From: Zootoca vivipara
Lineage: Eukaryota
Reading direction: 5' to 3'
Length of the DNA stretch: 64,000 bases
Assembly (NCBI RefSeq): GCF_963506605.1
Contig: NC_083277.1
Coordinates: 82,336,001 to 82,400,000, forward strand
Within the stretch, counting starts at the first letter, position 1. Each line of letters begins with the position of its first letter. The translations under genes and the position numbers were made by a program. This document shows, in pieces, positions 36,239-49,673 of the stretch. The notes under the pieces are model-generated. The model did not search any database, was not told where the DNA came from, and worked only from the letters and a program-made list of their open reading frames with translations.

Positions 36239-36880
36239 CCAAGCAGGGACTTGCAGACCGCTCAGCAAGCCTCTTTGTAGGCGCCCTTACAGTGTGAATG
36301 AGTGGCTAGAGTGTAACCGATAAGGAGCTGCGGTTTTGAACCCACGCCCAGGGAGTGGAGCCCAAGAACTCAAACGCTCAGTTTGCAGGCGGAAAATGAA
36401 TGAATCAGGAAGCCGGGCGGGGTGCAGCCTGAGCTATTTTAGGGCCGCGTTTCTTAGTACTGTAAGAGTGACGCACTTTCCATCTCCAGGAAGCTGAGGC
36501 GGAGGAGGGTGGAGGAAAAGAAAGAAAGGAGGCCAAGAATGAAACGCGAGGCTGCTAGAAGCTCCAGGGGAGAGTCCTGATTGCTCTTGCCAATCGCTCT
36601 CCTCCGTTTCCCCGGCTCCTCCCTAGGAAAGTCCGGCTCCACTTTCGCAGGGGAAGGGGTGAGGGAGGGAGCGCCGGGTTGGGCTGAGTCGAGAGAGGGC
36701 GGCCTGCTATTAGGAAAGAGGCGCCCGTAGTAAACGTGGCTGCTAAGTGGCTTCAGCTCAGGAAAGGAGGGAGGGAGGGACAAGCTGGGACGCTTCGCTC
36801 ATAGACTTATATGGTTTGGCCCCCATACGCTGTTCTCCGGCCGGCTGGGCTCTTCCTGAAGGCATCTCGACCGGTCAGCA

Positions 36881-37165
36881 ATGTCTCTGGAGGACCCGTT
36901 CTTCGTGGTGAAAGGGTGAGTGGCAGCCACTCCCACGGCCGCCGCAAACTCCGTCTTTCCTCGCCCCTGGTGGGGATAGGCGCCGCAGCAAGGCAGCCTG
37001 GCCCCGCGTGGGTCTGCGAGCGTGGGAAGCGTCGGGTAACTCGGGGATGTGGAGGCGGGGCGGGTGCGTGAAACTAGAGAACTCTTAGAAACCCGCATCA
37101 GATAAGCAACTTCGTCGAAACTCCGTTTATTAGCCGATCCTAATAAAGGCACTGCTCTACTTCTA

Positions 37166-37202
<37 letters not shown>

Positions 37203-40200
37203 CATCCACCCTAATGGATCAAACTCCCACAAAAGCCGCCACAGGGTCACAGCAAAGCGGATTCATTTCGGCCTCGAAGTTGACAGTTTATAAATTTTAT
37301 GGGCAGCTCATATTTGGGGAACTGTGGACATTACTAAAAAATATTGTGCCCAAATTTTCCACCATGACAGATTCGTGTGTCTGAACAAGCTACAGCTCCC
37401 AAAATAGGTGTCTGTGACAAGTAATCAGTTTCTGTAGTTAGTTACACACAACTAAACAAGGAAGTTACTTTGTAGAAATAGGGGTTTTTTTTGTAAAGTA
37501 TTTTGCTTGACACTTGCACTTTGAAATAATTGCTGAGTAGGATAATTAGTGATGTTTTCCAGCTTCACATTTTGTAATTAACAGACTACCATATTTCCAA
37601 AAACCCTTGAATATGTAGTACTTGGTTGCAATTTGTCCCTTGATCTCCTTCCTCATTTTGTCCTACTATCTGGTGAATGGTGTGACTCTATATAATTTGC
37701 CAGCTTGAAGAAATACTGTTGAGTTTTGGCAGCTGGATCTCATAGATGGGGAAAAAAGGAGATCTAGAGTTTTGTGCTTTGCTCTCTCTTTAAATCTACT
37801 GTTCTTCGTTTGGATGATGAAAACAGACCTATGCCTCCCTTTCGCCACACTTATCCTCTATGGACATCCCATTTTATAGCAGACATGGGAAACCTATGCC
37901 GCCCCCCTGGGCAGATATTGTTAGACTCCAGCTCCCATCAGCCTCAGTCGGCATGGCCAATGCCCAGGGATGCTGGGAGCTATAGTCCAGCAGTATCAGG
38001 AGGGCCACACCTCTGCTTTATAATTGCAGTGGTTTTAACAGTGCCGTATCTCATTCACTGCCACAGTAGCCTTTCCAGTACAGAATTGGAAGGAATGGAA
38101 CAGAAGCAGCTGGAAGAGATGGCAAGTTGTTGTAGGCTACCTACAAGTTTGCATCTTTCAGACACCACTACAGTGGTACCGTACCTCGGGTTAAGAACTT
38201 ACCGTATTTTTCTGAGTATAAGACTGGGTTTCCCCCCTAAAAATAATGCCAAAAATTAGGGGGCGTCTTATACACAGATACTGCCAAGGATGGAGTGGCG
38301 ATTGGTTGTTGCCGCAAAAATAGAGGGTGTCTTATACATGGGGGCGTCTTAAAGACGGAAAAATACGGTAATTCGTTCTGGAGGTCCATTCTTAACCTGA
38401 AACTGTTCTTAACCTGACGTACCACTTTAGCTAATGGGGCCTCCCGCTGCCGCCACACCACCACCGTGCAATTTCTGTTCTCATCCTGAAGCAAAGTTCT
38501 TGACCCGAGGTACTATTTCTGGGTTAGTGGAGTTTATAACCTGAAGTGCCTGTAACCCGAGGTAGCACTGTATTTGTTTCTGTGGTTTATTTTATTAAAA
38601 AAAATCAAAATGCAGTACTGGGTAAAATCCATTAGCACCACCTTCTGGAATAATTCAGACACCTAGCAACAGAACCACTGGAATGTGGTACCCCTGGTTT
38701 GGAGGTTGATTGTACCGAAGCTGCTGAGAGGTCTAGGACAGGGGTCAGCAACCTTTTTCAACTGCGGGCCGGTCCACCGTCCCTCAGACCATGGGGTGGG
38801 CTGGACTGTATTTTGAAAGGAAAAAAAAATGAGCGGATTCCTATGCCTCACAAATAACCCAGGGATGCATTTTAAATAAAAGCACACATTCTACTCATGT
38901 TAAAACACGCTGATTCCTGGACTGTCCGCAGGCCGGATTGAGAAGGTGATTGGGCCGCATCTGGCCCATGGGCCTTAGGCATAGCTGTCAACTTTCCCCT
39001 TTTCTCGTGAGGAATCCTATTCAGAATAAGGGAATTTTCCTTTAAAAATGGGGAAAATTGACAGCTATGGCCTTAGGTTGCCTACCCATGGTCTAGGACA
39101 ACTCATAGCATCATGCTCCCCAGGGCTATCTTTTGGCAAAGGCCATTCATTAAGGGGACCAAAGCTGTTTCAGTGCCAAATGAAGGCATGAAGCCAGACT
39201 GGAATGTGTCAAGATGTTCAGTGCCATCCACGTTTGCCTGGAGTTGACAGACCCTCACCCTCTTTGAGCAGCCTGCCCCCAAATGGAAATGCCCATGGGG
39301 GGGGGGGGCTCAAAGCACGGTTCCATAAGTACTCCTCCATATGAAGTATCCAACAATGAGATACTCACCCGCTTACTCTTTAAGAAGAGTCTCCACATCA
39401 AGGGAGCTGACTTCAAGGTTTTAGGTTTATATATATTTATTTGAGATGGCCCATTAGGTATCCTAGTGCAATTGTCAGACTGTCATTTCCTGGAGTGCAT
39501 GAGACACCACTCGAGTTAATGAAGGTATCTTGTTTCTGATTAGATCCAGCTTTCCCTGACCCAGTGCTCTCCAGGTATTGGTGGGACTGCAGCTTCCATC
39601 AGCCCCTGCCAGCAAAGACAATAGTTAGGAATGATGGGAGTTGTAATCCATCAACATCTGGAGGGCACTAGGTTGGGGAAGGCTGGACTGGAGGGATCAC
39701 CAAAATGCATTTACCTTCTGGACATGTGCAATGTTCACATATATCTGTGCTAGACTGTTGTGATCTAAAACAGGGTTGTAGCCTTGTTAGACTCTGGCTC
39801 CCATCATTTCTTACCATTGGCCAGGCTGACTGGGACTGGAGGGAGTTGGGAGCCCAGACCAGGAACATCCTGTTAGCCAGAGGTTTGCTACTACTGGACT
39901 TAAAGAATGAAGAACCACCAATTTTTTGTAAAACCTTCCTGCCTGGTCCCCAGGAGGCAATTCTTATCTGCCACCCGTGGTCCAGTGCGCAGCTTTTTAC
40001 AAGCCCAATTTCCTCCAGGGTAACTCATCTCTAGACACATGGAGCCTGGAGTACCATGTGGTTCTTCGGACAGCTATTCATACAGATTTTCCCCTTCCAA
40101 ACAGTCCTCTGAAGTGAACTTTTTATTTTTTTAATGCAAGGATACCTCTCTCAGTATAGAGATGCAGCTGCTTCAAGGGAGGAAACATTGCCTTATGGGA

Positions 40201-43200
40201 GGCTCCCTGTCAGGTGGAACAGAGCTGCACAGCTTGCGGTTTGCCCACTTGAATGGACCCAATCGATGATATATGGGGACCCACCGGGGGTTCGGCAAAC
40301 CTCCTACGCTTGTCACCTGCCTGCAGCTGCAGAAACAGAGCTGTCGCTATGCAAGGCCGGTGGGTCGTGTTCAGTCTGGTGGTCTCACGGCTTTGGCAGG
40401 AGAAATAGTACCCTGTCCTGGCTCGCCCACCTCATCCCTGTCACACACTGGTATTTTTTGTTCTGTAGGGAAGTTCAGAAAGCCGTAAATGCAGCACGTG
40501 GGCTCTATCAGCGCTGGTGTCAGCTGCTGCAGGAGACGCAGGTCGTCAGCAAAGAGGAATTTGACTGGACTACTAATGAATTACGCAACAGCTTGCGCAG
40601 CATCGACTGGGACCTGGAGGACCTGGAGGAAACCATATATATCCTTTTGAAGCTGGGGCTGGAACAGCGTATGGGTGTGTTTTTTTTTGCCTCTCCAGGG
40701 AATTACGTTGCACCATTTTTTACGCGCACTGTCTGCTGCTACCGGTAGGATGGTAGCAGCAGGCAATAGCAGCTCTCCCCACCCCACCCCCATCCTGCTC
40801 TTTTGCAGGGATATTTGCAAGAACTGGAAGGGGAGTAAACCCTTATTCAGTTACAAGGGAGAAGGCATTCTCAGCAGTAATTCCCCAATTTTATGGCATG
40901 CCCTAGCTGAAGAGGTTTATCTGGGGCCTGTTTTGCCTTTTTTTGGTGCATGTCACCCAGAAAACTGTGACATACAGACGAAGAGAACTAGAGGGCCATA
41001 TTTGGCCTCTGGACCAAAGGTCTCTCCCCCAGTTTTAATGTTCTTTTCTTTTCTCTATCTGATTATTATTTTATATTTTCCTATAAAGTGTAGTAGCACA
41101 CTGCCCTGAAATGAAAAATCGGATAGTGGGTGCCATATAAATTCTTTCTTAAATAAATGAATTAATAAATTGGTAGCTTCTGCTACAGTTAGAGAGCACC
41201 TGGTAGGTTAAATGCAGCGTTGGCCCACATATTTGTGACCAGGTAGTTCTGTCTGCTTTCTAACTCGGTGACTCAAACTTAACTCATGAACACGCATTGT
41301 GGTGTCAAACCCGCGCAAGTTCAAAATTGAGCCCTCCCAGGTTGCCACCCGGCGCACTTTTGTCACGGAGATGCGAGAATCAGTCAGGGTGAGTCGAACG
41401 TATGCCTTGTCACTATTGGAGCATTTTGTCCTATGCAGCATAAAACACTTATTGTATGCAACAGGAATAGTTCTATTGCAGGGTTAGGGAGTCTGTGGCT
41501 CTCTGTGTTATTGGACTCCCAACAAACCTCACCAGTAAGGTCTGTGGTCAGGGATGTTGGGAATTGTGAATTGTGGTCCAAAACATCTGGAGGGCCGAAG
41601 TTTGGGGATGCCTGGTCTAGAGGGCCACATCTTCTCCATCTCTGTGGTATGGTAAGTGAAATGTTGAGTGATGATTTGGAAGTGTTAACAAAAGTGTGTG
41701 GCTGGGGTGCTTTATTCTGAGAGGGAGAGGATTTTTTTCAATTTTAAAAAAAGAAGGATCTAATTCCATACTCTAACCACTAAACCACACTTGTAGCTGA
41801 AACTGGGACAGTACTGCATTTTATATCCAATATTTTGGCCCATAGGTGATCTACAAGGATGTCAACTCATGTAATCTTATTTATTTCCCACTGGACCCTA
41901 GGATGGATTACAATAGGAGACTGTGTGCCTCTGCAAAAACCCACCCTTATTGTTGTTATTATGGGCGAACTCTTAAAGGCCATGGGCTCATCTGATTATA
42001 TTCTCTTACTGCTTCCTTTTCTTGACTAAAGGAAATGAGGGATCACATATCCAGTCCAGCAGCACAGGCCTTTGCGGAGAGGAAAAACAGAGAGGTAAGC
42101 ACATTTTACCACCCTCGCCACACCTCAGTGTTTTGCTGGAAATTTATTTCCTGGGAGGGAAAGAATTGGCAATGGCTAGGGTAGCTCTTTATCCCCGGTA
42201 GCATAGAGCCGCCTTCCCCATCCTGGTTTCTCCAGAGTCTCCCACTCACCAAGTGGGCAGGGGCTGATGGGAATTGTAGTCCAAAACATATGAAGGGCAC
42301 CAGGTTGGAGAAGGCTGTTCTAGAGCTTCTTTGCCACAAAGGAAGTGGAGCTGGTCATCTAACCAAGGGTAAGGTCAGATTTCTTCTACAAGGCGCAAAT
42401 TGCTTGGGTAAATGGGCTCTCTCTCTCTTTTTAAAGTGAATCATCCTTTGTCTCACTGTCAGTATCCTTGGGGTATGGATTATAGTCCAGAGCTCTTATG
42501 AAATGCACGATCACACTTGTTGATTCCCCCTTAAATGAGTAGAACCCATAGCTGCCACTCAAAAGTCTCCCGCCGAAAAATGCGGGATCAGCAGCAGTGC
42601 GGCACTGGAAGTCGCTTCTACACATGTCTGGACATGTGTAGAAGCGACTTCCGGTGCCGCGCTACCCATGTCTGGGCACCGGAAATCAGGTGGCGCCAGC
42701 ACCCAAAATGGAACCTCTGGCAGGTAGGAAATCCCAGGGATTTCCGGGATGTTTTTCCATTTGGGAGAACAGCGGGAAACGAATTAAAATCCGGGGGTTT
42801 CCTGCGAAAAACGGGAGACTTGGCATCTATGGTAGAACCACCTGAGAGCCTCATCCATAATATTGCTTCTGATCTCAACCCCACATTTTTAAGAGCCATT
42901 TAATTCTGGAATGCAGTGAAAAAGGTTCCTGATCTCCTTACCAGAGAAAGGCTCTTCCTAGGCCCTGAGTTCCACTTAACCCTGCAGATTCTTCTACCCA
43001 GCTCACCTTTGCTTCCTTCCTTCCTTGCTTGGTCTCAGCTCTCCTGGGAGCACTAAGAATCCTGGGATTGCTCAGATAGTGTCCCCCTTTCCCTCCCTCT
43101 GCAGATGCTGTTGGGGAGCAGGGAACACTATGGGATGCTGGATGCAGAGGAACTGTCAACAGCTAATTCACATACTTTGGAAGAGCAGCAGTTGCATCAG

Positions 43201-46200
43201 AAGGTAAGAGCAGTGATAGTGAGCCACCCCAGTCCATCATTTTCACCAACATCCCTTTCTACAGAGACCTAACCGTGTCCTCTAGCTTGATACCTGCATT
43301 GAGAGAAATCTTGGGCTCTAGTGCAAAAGATGCTCACAGCATCTGCATACTACCTGTTCCCTGTACCTCTCTCCTCTCCCCCAGTTATGGGTTCAGTCAA
43401 GTACAAGAGTGAAGAACCTGTGGTTTTCTGAATGTTGTTGGACTCCAATGCCCATCATCCTGAGCGTTGTCAGCAGTCAGGGACGATGAGCACTGTAGTT
43501 TAGCAACATCTGGAGGCCACAGGGTCCCCATACGTTGAGTTGCTTTCTTCTTCCTTCCCTGTCAGATTACAGGTGACAGATATCCTTGAGTGGAGGTGAG
43601 GGTAAATGCTTCCTGCCTCCCTTTCTTACAGTGAGTATGGTTTCAAACCCAAGCAGGAGGCAAGGCCCTCCATTTCTCAGTAGCAGAATGGGATAACAAT
43701 GGGCTACTCAAAAGGTTATTGTGAAGACAGTCAAGTTAAGGAAACACATTATCCAGTCTTTGGGATGACTTAGGCTAGAAATCAAATTGTTCCATGTTGA
43801 TTCCGAACCAAAGCAAGCCTCTTTTCCCACTCTGTTTGGTCTCCTCCCAAATGGCCATTTCAATATATTGTCAGGGACTGGCAGTGCTGGATTAAACCCT
43901 GTGGAGGCCCCCCTTGCAAATTATTTCCTAATTCATTTTTGTAATTTTCTTTCAAGATCAAATCAATATTATTTTGATCCATTGTCTTGGGGCCCCTAAA
44001 AGGCGTGGGGCCCTTAGGCCAGTGCCTACTCTGCCTATTTGGTACTCTGGCACTGGGGGCTGGCAGGGCTCTGAGGAGTGATCGGAAGAGGTGGCGGGGC
44101 CAGAGGCTGATCCTGGGGAAGTGGGTAGTGCTTTATGTGGTTGTGGGCCTTCTGCAAGGCAGGAGCCTGAGCTGGAGGGTGGGGAGGGGTCTGAGCAGTC
44201 AGAGACTGTGGAAGAAGGACAGGACGTGGCAGGAGCTGAGGGAGAGACAGTGCATGAAGGGAAGAGGCCGGCAGAATCCCCTCCGTACCCTTCCCCACTG
44301 TCCCCCAGGACCAGGAGGGCCTTGAAGAGGCAGGCACAGTGACAACTTCAGTGTAGGACAAGTCACAGGTTGCTTGTGCTCACACCATCAGATGATAGTA
44401 CTTAAGTTTGCGGTGTAGGCCTGGCCACCTGTTCAACAGTCCAACTTGGAGCGCAAGCCTGAGGAGCGACAACAGCTACCTAGCCACCAGAAGTGTGTGT
44501 GTGTGTGTGTTCAGTGCGCCTCAGGAGCTACTGTAACTTCATGTTTTGTCAATAAAGAATTAAACATTTGTCCTCCTTGGGCTGGGTGTGCTCAGGAGGA
44601 CATTTGTTGAGGAAGTACCAGAGACCTTTCGCTTCTTGCTAAATGAAGAGGAGCCCCATAACCACTCTTGTTGTGCAAGCGCTGGATTCTTTGACAAAAC
44701 ATTAATGTGACAGTCAAGATCCTGAGGGCTGACTTCTGTGAAGGGATATTAACCTGTAAAAGCATTCACTAGTCTCAGTTTTTCCAAGACTGCCGTTGAA
44801 ATGAGTTTTGGTCCCACTTGCCTAAATGCACACAAAAAGATGGACATTTATGGGTCCTATGTGGAGCCTCAGCAGTGACAGTACAGCTGCCCAACTCCCA
44901 GAGTTGCTACTCCAGCTTGGTCCTCATTTCCCCTCACCTTGAAGGCCAGTGTCCAGTTGAGGCAGAGACTTCTTTGTACAACATATTGTTGTATTGTGGG
45001 CAGGAACCCTCTTCGCTTCTCTTTGCTTTGAGTTCTAACAGACTCCCCCGCTGATGCCTCACATTCTCCTTGACAGCTGATCATTGAGGAGCAGGATGAG
45101 GAGCTGGAGCTCGTCTCTGGCAGCATCCGAGTGTTGAAGCACATGTCGAGTCGGGTCGGAGAAGAGCTGGATGAGCAAACTGTGTGAGTGCAGGTAGTGT
45201 GGGGTGTGTGTGTGTGTGCTGATGTATTGCAACACTCCTATCTTGCTCTTTAGACGAAACTTTCAAGCAGCAAAGGGGACAGTGGGGGCGGCCCATTAGC
45301 AGGTTAGGCCTGGATAAAATGGCAGTAGACTAGTCCCAATGAATACAACTCTGGCAATCCTGGCCGCTGCTAGATCAGAGAAGAGGATCCAGAACCTTTG
45401 TCTATATAGAACTGTGGTGGCCACTCATTTCTAACAGATTCAGGAAGGACTCAATTTTCAGAGACATGTGCACAGGATGCTCCTGTACCTGTGTGAGTGC
45501 TTTACCCTCTCCCTCCTGCCCTTCTTCAGCAGGAACAGAGTTCTTTGCCAGAGGGGGCCCCCCCATTGCTGTGCACTTCCACTGCCCAACCCCATTTTCT
45601 GAGTGAGCATCAGAAGGAGAGCACTTGGCCAGAACCTCTGTTGCTGTTCACTCTGCCAGGAAGTAATTTAAGAAACCCTTTTCCTTGCATTTTGGCTTGG
45701 CAGAGGGGGGCACCCTTGTGTTCATTAAGGCTGGTTATGGGGATCAGGGATTATGCTTGGAACAGATTGGACCCCTGGCTCCCAGTTGCATATCCCATTT
45801 CTAGAAAATGCTGGTGTAGCTCGAATGAGTAGATTCTGAACTCTCTTGGCAGGGAAGATACCCCTAAAAGAAAACTGCTTGCAACCTGCCGGCACACCTG
45901 GCTGACATCCCCGTGCTTTGTGATTTTTGTGGGGTGGAGGCAAGACTCCGAAGCTCTTATTGGGAGAGGGTTACCCTGTGGACAGTTGCCACTCACGTTG
46001 ACGATGCCTTTGCTGGCATTTCAGGATGCTGGAAGACTTTGCCCATGAGATGGACAGCACTCACAACCGCATGGATGGCGTGCTCAGAAAAATGGCCAGT
46101 GTCACCCATATGGCAAGTGGTAAGAAACAGCTCTCTGTTCCAGTACTACTTTGGTACAAGGGAGATTTTACTCCTCCACACCCAGATAACCTCACCCCCC

Positions 46201-48499
46201 AGCTTCTTGAAATTGCTTTCTTTTGCCCACCAGCTTTGCCCACCAGGATTTGGCATCAAGTAACTGAAAGTGTTGGTTTAGGAATCAGGATGCTTGCCAT
46301 CTCCCATAAAAGAATAGCAAGTGTTATTATTTTAGTGGTGGGGAATGTTTCTCATCCTGAGGGCTGCCTTCCTTTGTGGATAATCTTCTTGGGGCCGCAG
46401 TGGGATAGCCAGGAAGCGGCATCTTAGCAGATTCTTACCTTTTTTTTTACAGTAGACTGATTCCAGCTATGCAAATGTCAGCTGATTTTACACATACACA
46501 CCACTCACCATCCAGGCAGGCAAGAAGCGGCAGAGTCCAGGAACATATTCAGCCAGCCAAGACAGGACTAGTGAGGGGCGTGGCCTCAGGAGAGGGATGT
46601 GCCCTGGTAAAAGTCCCAGTGGCCAGGTAGAGAGGTCTTAGCTTCCTCACCCCTGCCTTCCTCACCATAAACATCACCACAGGCAAAGGCAATCTGGCTT
46701 CCACAAAAAGTATTCTGTGTTTCACAACTGTGAATTTCTGCACACTTCCAGCACACACCCTGCCTCTTTCCTCTGCAATCAGATTGACCCATCCGCTTGC
46801 TGGTGGGGGGCCAGGAGGAACAATAATCTAGGTTTGAGCTTAGTATTCACTTGGGAGGCAGTTTTTGCTGCCCTCCTCTCTTAATCAAAGGAGCATTTGG
46901 CATCATTGTTGAGACTCAGCAAGGCAGATCCATCACAGGAGATCTGGAGTACGTGTACAATATGTGTGAAACAGAATGGCAATTAAAAGAATGAGGTAAT
47001 GGTATAAAAACCTGAACATTCTGGTTGGGCCAGTATTGCATCTCCATTTCTACTGCTGGCTCTCAGCACAAGTCCCTAGAGTAATAGATGGAAAAGCAGG
47101 TTAAAACCATTTTTTTCCTGGCAGGAGTGCCACTACAGTGTCATTTAGTGCTCTCGTTTCTGGCTTACAAAGAGCAAGCAGTTTGCACACAGGAATGCAG
47201 CTTTCCGAGTCAGATCCTTTGTCTACCTAGCTTAGTATTGTGAATACCAACTAGCAGCAGCTCTCCAGACACTCCCAGCCTTACCTGGAGAGTCTGGGGA
47301 CTGAGCCAGAGATCGTCTGCATGCAGATCTCTTAAGTTGCAGCCCTTCCTCCATAGGTGAGGCAGGCAGGAATTCAAGCTCCACTGTATGCCATAAACAG
47401 GCCTGCAGTGTCTCTCCATCCTGCCCCAGCTCTTGCCCAAGAGTGCTACGGATATTAGCTACTTGTGTCCAATGTTGGAAATTCCCATTATTCTAGGCGC
47501 ATTTTGCGACTGGGAATTTCATTCGCGCTAGCAGTTTCTGAGCTCTGGCCGCAGTACTGTGTCTAAGATTTCAGATTAAAACGGCAGCGTGGAAGGAAAG
47601 GAGGACCCTTTTCTGCCTCCCCACTTCCAGCTACTCTCTGAAGACTGGAGAAGAGACCCTCTCAATAAGATTAAGGGGGTGGGCAGGGGAAGGACTAGAC
47701 CCTGTGAAAATTGAACATAATATTTTAGCTGCAGTCCGTTTTAAGCTTTGTATTCTTGTTATTTAAAAAGTGTGCCTAGACATTCCACTGTTGCGTCCAT
47801 AACCTAGGTTTAGGGTGCCATTTAGCTCCTAGCTTTCATATCTCAGTTTCTAACGCTGCCTGTGACACCAGGGCTGTGGGTTAGATTAATGATTAACCCA
47901 ACAAGCTAGATTAGGTCTCCACACTATGGTGTTTTAATCCGGGAATAGACCTCCCAATATCATTTCCTCAGATGTTCACTTGAGCCCTTTCTACTTGTGG
48001 TCTTCCAAGGATGATTCTTGCACCTGCGTCCACCATGCTTGGGAGTGCAGGCCAGTGGGATGGGGCACATGGTTCAGAGGGTTAGAATATGGTTCAAATT
48101 GCAGCATCTTACGTGCTTTAAATTAATTCTGTTTAAGGCAGGACTGGAGAACCCATAGCTCTCCAGATGTTCTTGTACTACGGCTCCTATGATCCCTGAC
48201 CATTGGGCTGTGCTACCTGGGGCTGATGGAAGTCAGAGTCCAACAAGATGTGAAGGGCCACAAGTCACTCATCCCTTTTCTTAAAGGATCCCTTCTAACT
48301 GTTTTTGCTTATTTACAATGTCAGACCCCTCACTGTGGTGGAAGGGCTGGTGGGTTCTTAACGGGGTTGGTCTTCTTGCATTTAACACCATCCCCCCCCT
48401 GTATTTTCTCCCACTCCATCAGAACGGCGCCAGTGGTGCATCATCGGCCTGTTGCTCATTGTCGTGGTGGTGGTGCTGGTTCTTATCCTTGCTCTGTGA
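36881..48499 (+). CDS. STX10: Syntaxin 10, complete CDS, 8 exons, 246 aa
   Basis: Exons 36881-36915 ([11 protein letters not shown]), 40469-40638, 41294-41388, 42032-42094, 43105-43203, 45077-45183, 46025-46119 and 48423-48499 ([26 protein letters not shown] anchor). Total 741 nt. STX6/10-type Habc and Qc-SNARE domains; position between IER2 and NACC1 identifies STX10. Confidence 0.95.
37165..37200. repeat. (TTA)n microsatellite
   Basis: Direct observation. Confidence 0.95.
38171..38570. mobile_element. Tc1/mariner MITE containing a second TA-targeting MITE (38202-38368)
   Basis: Outer TIRs CAGTGGTACC...GGTAGCACTG with TA flanks; inner TIRs CCGTATTTTTC...GAAAAATACGG with TA duplication. Confidence 0.85.
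38739..39090. mobile_element. hAT element containing a nested 90-bp hAT MITE (38980-39069)
   Basis: Outer TSD GTCTAGGA; inner TIR CATAGCTGTCAA with TSD GCCTTAGG. Confidence 0.88.
40639..41293 (+). other. U12-type (minor spliceosome) AT-AC intron of STX10
   Basis: 5' site ATATCCTTTT, branch-point core CTTAAC at 41278-41283, terminal AC at 41292-41293; joining restores the frame ([13 protein letters not shown]). Confidence 0.93.
42547..42831. mobile_element. 285-bp hAT non-autonomous element (CATAGCTGCCA TIR family)
   Basis: 8-bp TSD GTAGAACC; internal 62-bp palindrome at 42599-42660. Confidence 0.85.
43869..44610 (+). mobile_element. Probable solo LTR with nested hAT MITE (43882-44055)
   Basis: Starts TGTCAGGGACTGG; AATAAA at 44551. 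MITE TIRs CAGTGCTGGA/TCTGGCACTG with TSD GGGACTGG/GGGGCTGG. LTR 3' end approximate. Confidence 0.55.
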
Positions 48500-49667
48500 T
48501 CAAACGGCAGAACGGACATGGGGGAAGGGTGGCAGGTACCAATCCCATCCCTGCCGAGTGGAACACTTGTATCCTGTGTGGGATCGTGGCGAAGCTTCCT
48601 CCAAAGGTGAAAAGGAAGCATGTCCGTTTAATCAGGTGGAATGATGGGTTTCCAAATGGGCTACTCTCCCTTGCAGTCAGGCTTTGCTCCTAATTGTTTA
48701 AGGCTGCAGATTTGTGAAAAAGGAGGACTGGGTTCTGGAGGTTAGGAAATTTGTGCCATCTCCCCCCTTTTGTGTGTGCCAGGGTGAAATTATAGACAGA
48801 TGTGCCTGTTAAATGTGGAAGCCATATTGCATATGCAGTTTGTTACCCATTTTGCAAGTAGGTGCAGCAGCGTCAGTTTCCTTTCCCCCACTGAGTAGCC
48901 TTTTCCTCTCATCTCCAGCAGCCAAAGAGGAAGAACACGGTCCCAGCTGACTACTCTTGCTGCCATTATAGGTTCTTATTCTTCATGCCACCTCTCTGAA
49001 CGGGCGCAAGATTGCTGCACATTTAATGTGTCTTGTTGAAGAAGCACAATTGACTAAGCCATTGGTTGTGTTTCACCTCAGCCAGTAGCACATGGACACT
49101 GTGAATAGACGGGATAGGACAAAGGCTTTGCTTCCTTTTTAAAGGACAAAATTGCTCAGAGTTGAGAACAGGCCAAAGCCATCTCACTGCCTAAGTGCCA
49201 AGAAAGGGATTTTGCTTAGTGGAACTGGCAACATCACACCCCCCCCCCAATGCTCCTTCTCTTACTGTGAGGCCAGCCGTCCAACAGAAACAGGGAGCAA
49301 AATGTCAGAATCTCATCACCCAAATCCCTCAGGCCTCAGTGCTGTGCTTCAGGTTGCAAGTGGTGCCAATACTTTTGGGGTGCTGCCAAGCACTTCAAGA
49401 AAACTGGTTTCTAGACACCCAGTCAGCTCAATCCCTTTCAGTTATATGGTAAACAAACCTTCTCCCCTTAGGTCTAAATCCCTGCCAAGGACACACTGTC
49501 TATGCTGATATAGACAGCTACTTTCAGCCAAGCCCAAGTGGAGGATAACAGCCCTTTCTATGAGGCAGCTCTGCTGTCACATGCACTCAGAAGCCATTCT
49601 GTTTCTATTGTGAAGTATTATTTTTTTAAAAAGGTACCAAAACAAGCTTTTTAGATCTTCCAAGAAA

Positions 49668-49673
49668 AATAAA
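49668..49673 (+). terminator. Probable STX10 polyadenylation signal
   Basis: AATAAA followed by T-rich sequence, about 1.2 kb after the stop. Confidence 0.6.

Noticed and set aside
40134-40748. 204-aa ORF
   Set aside because: STX10 exon 2 plus flanking intron read-through, not an independent gene.
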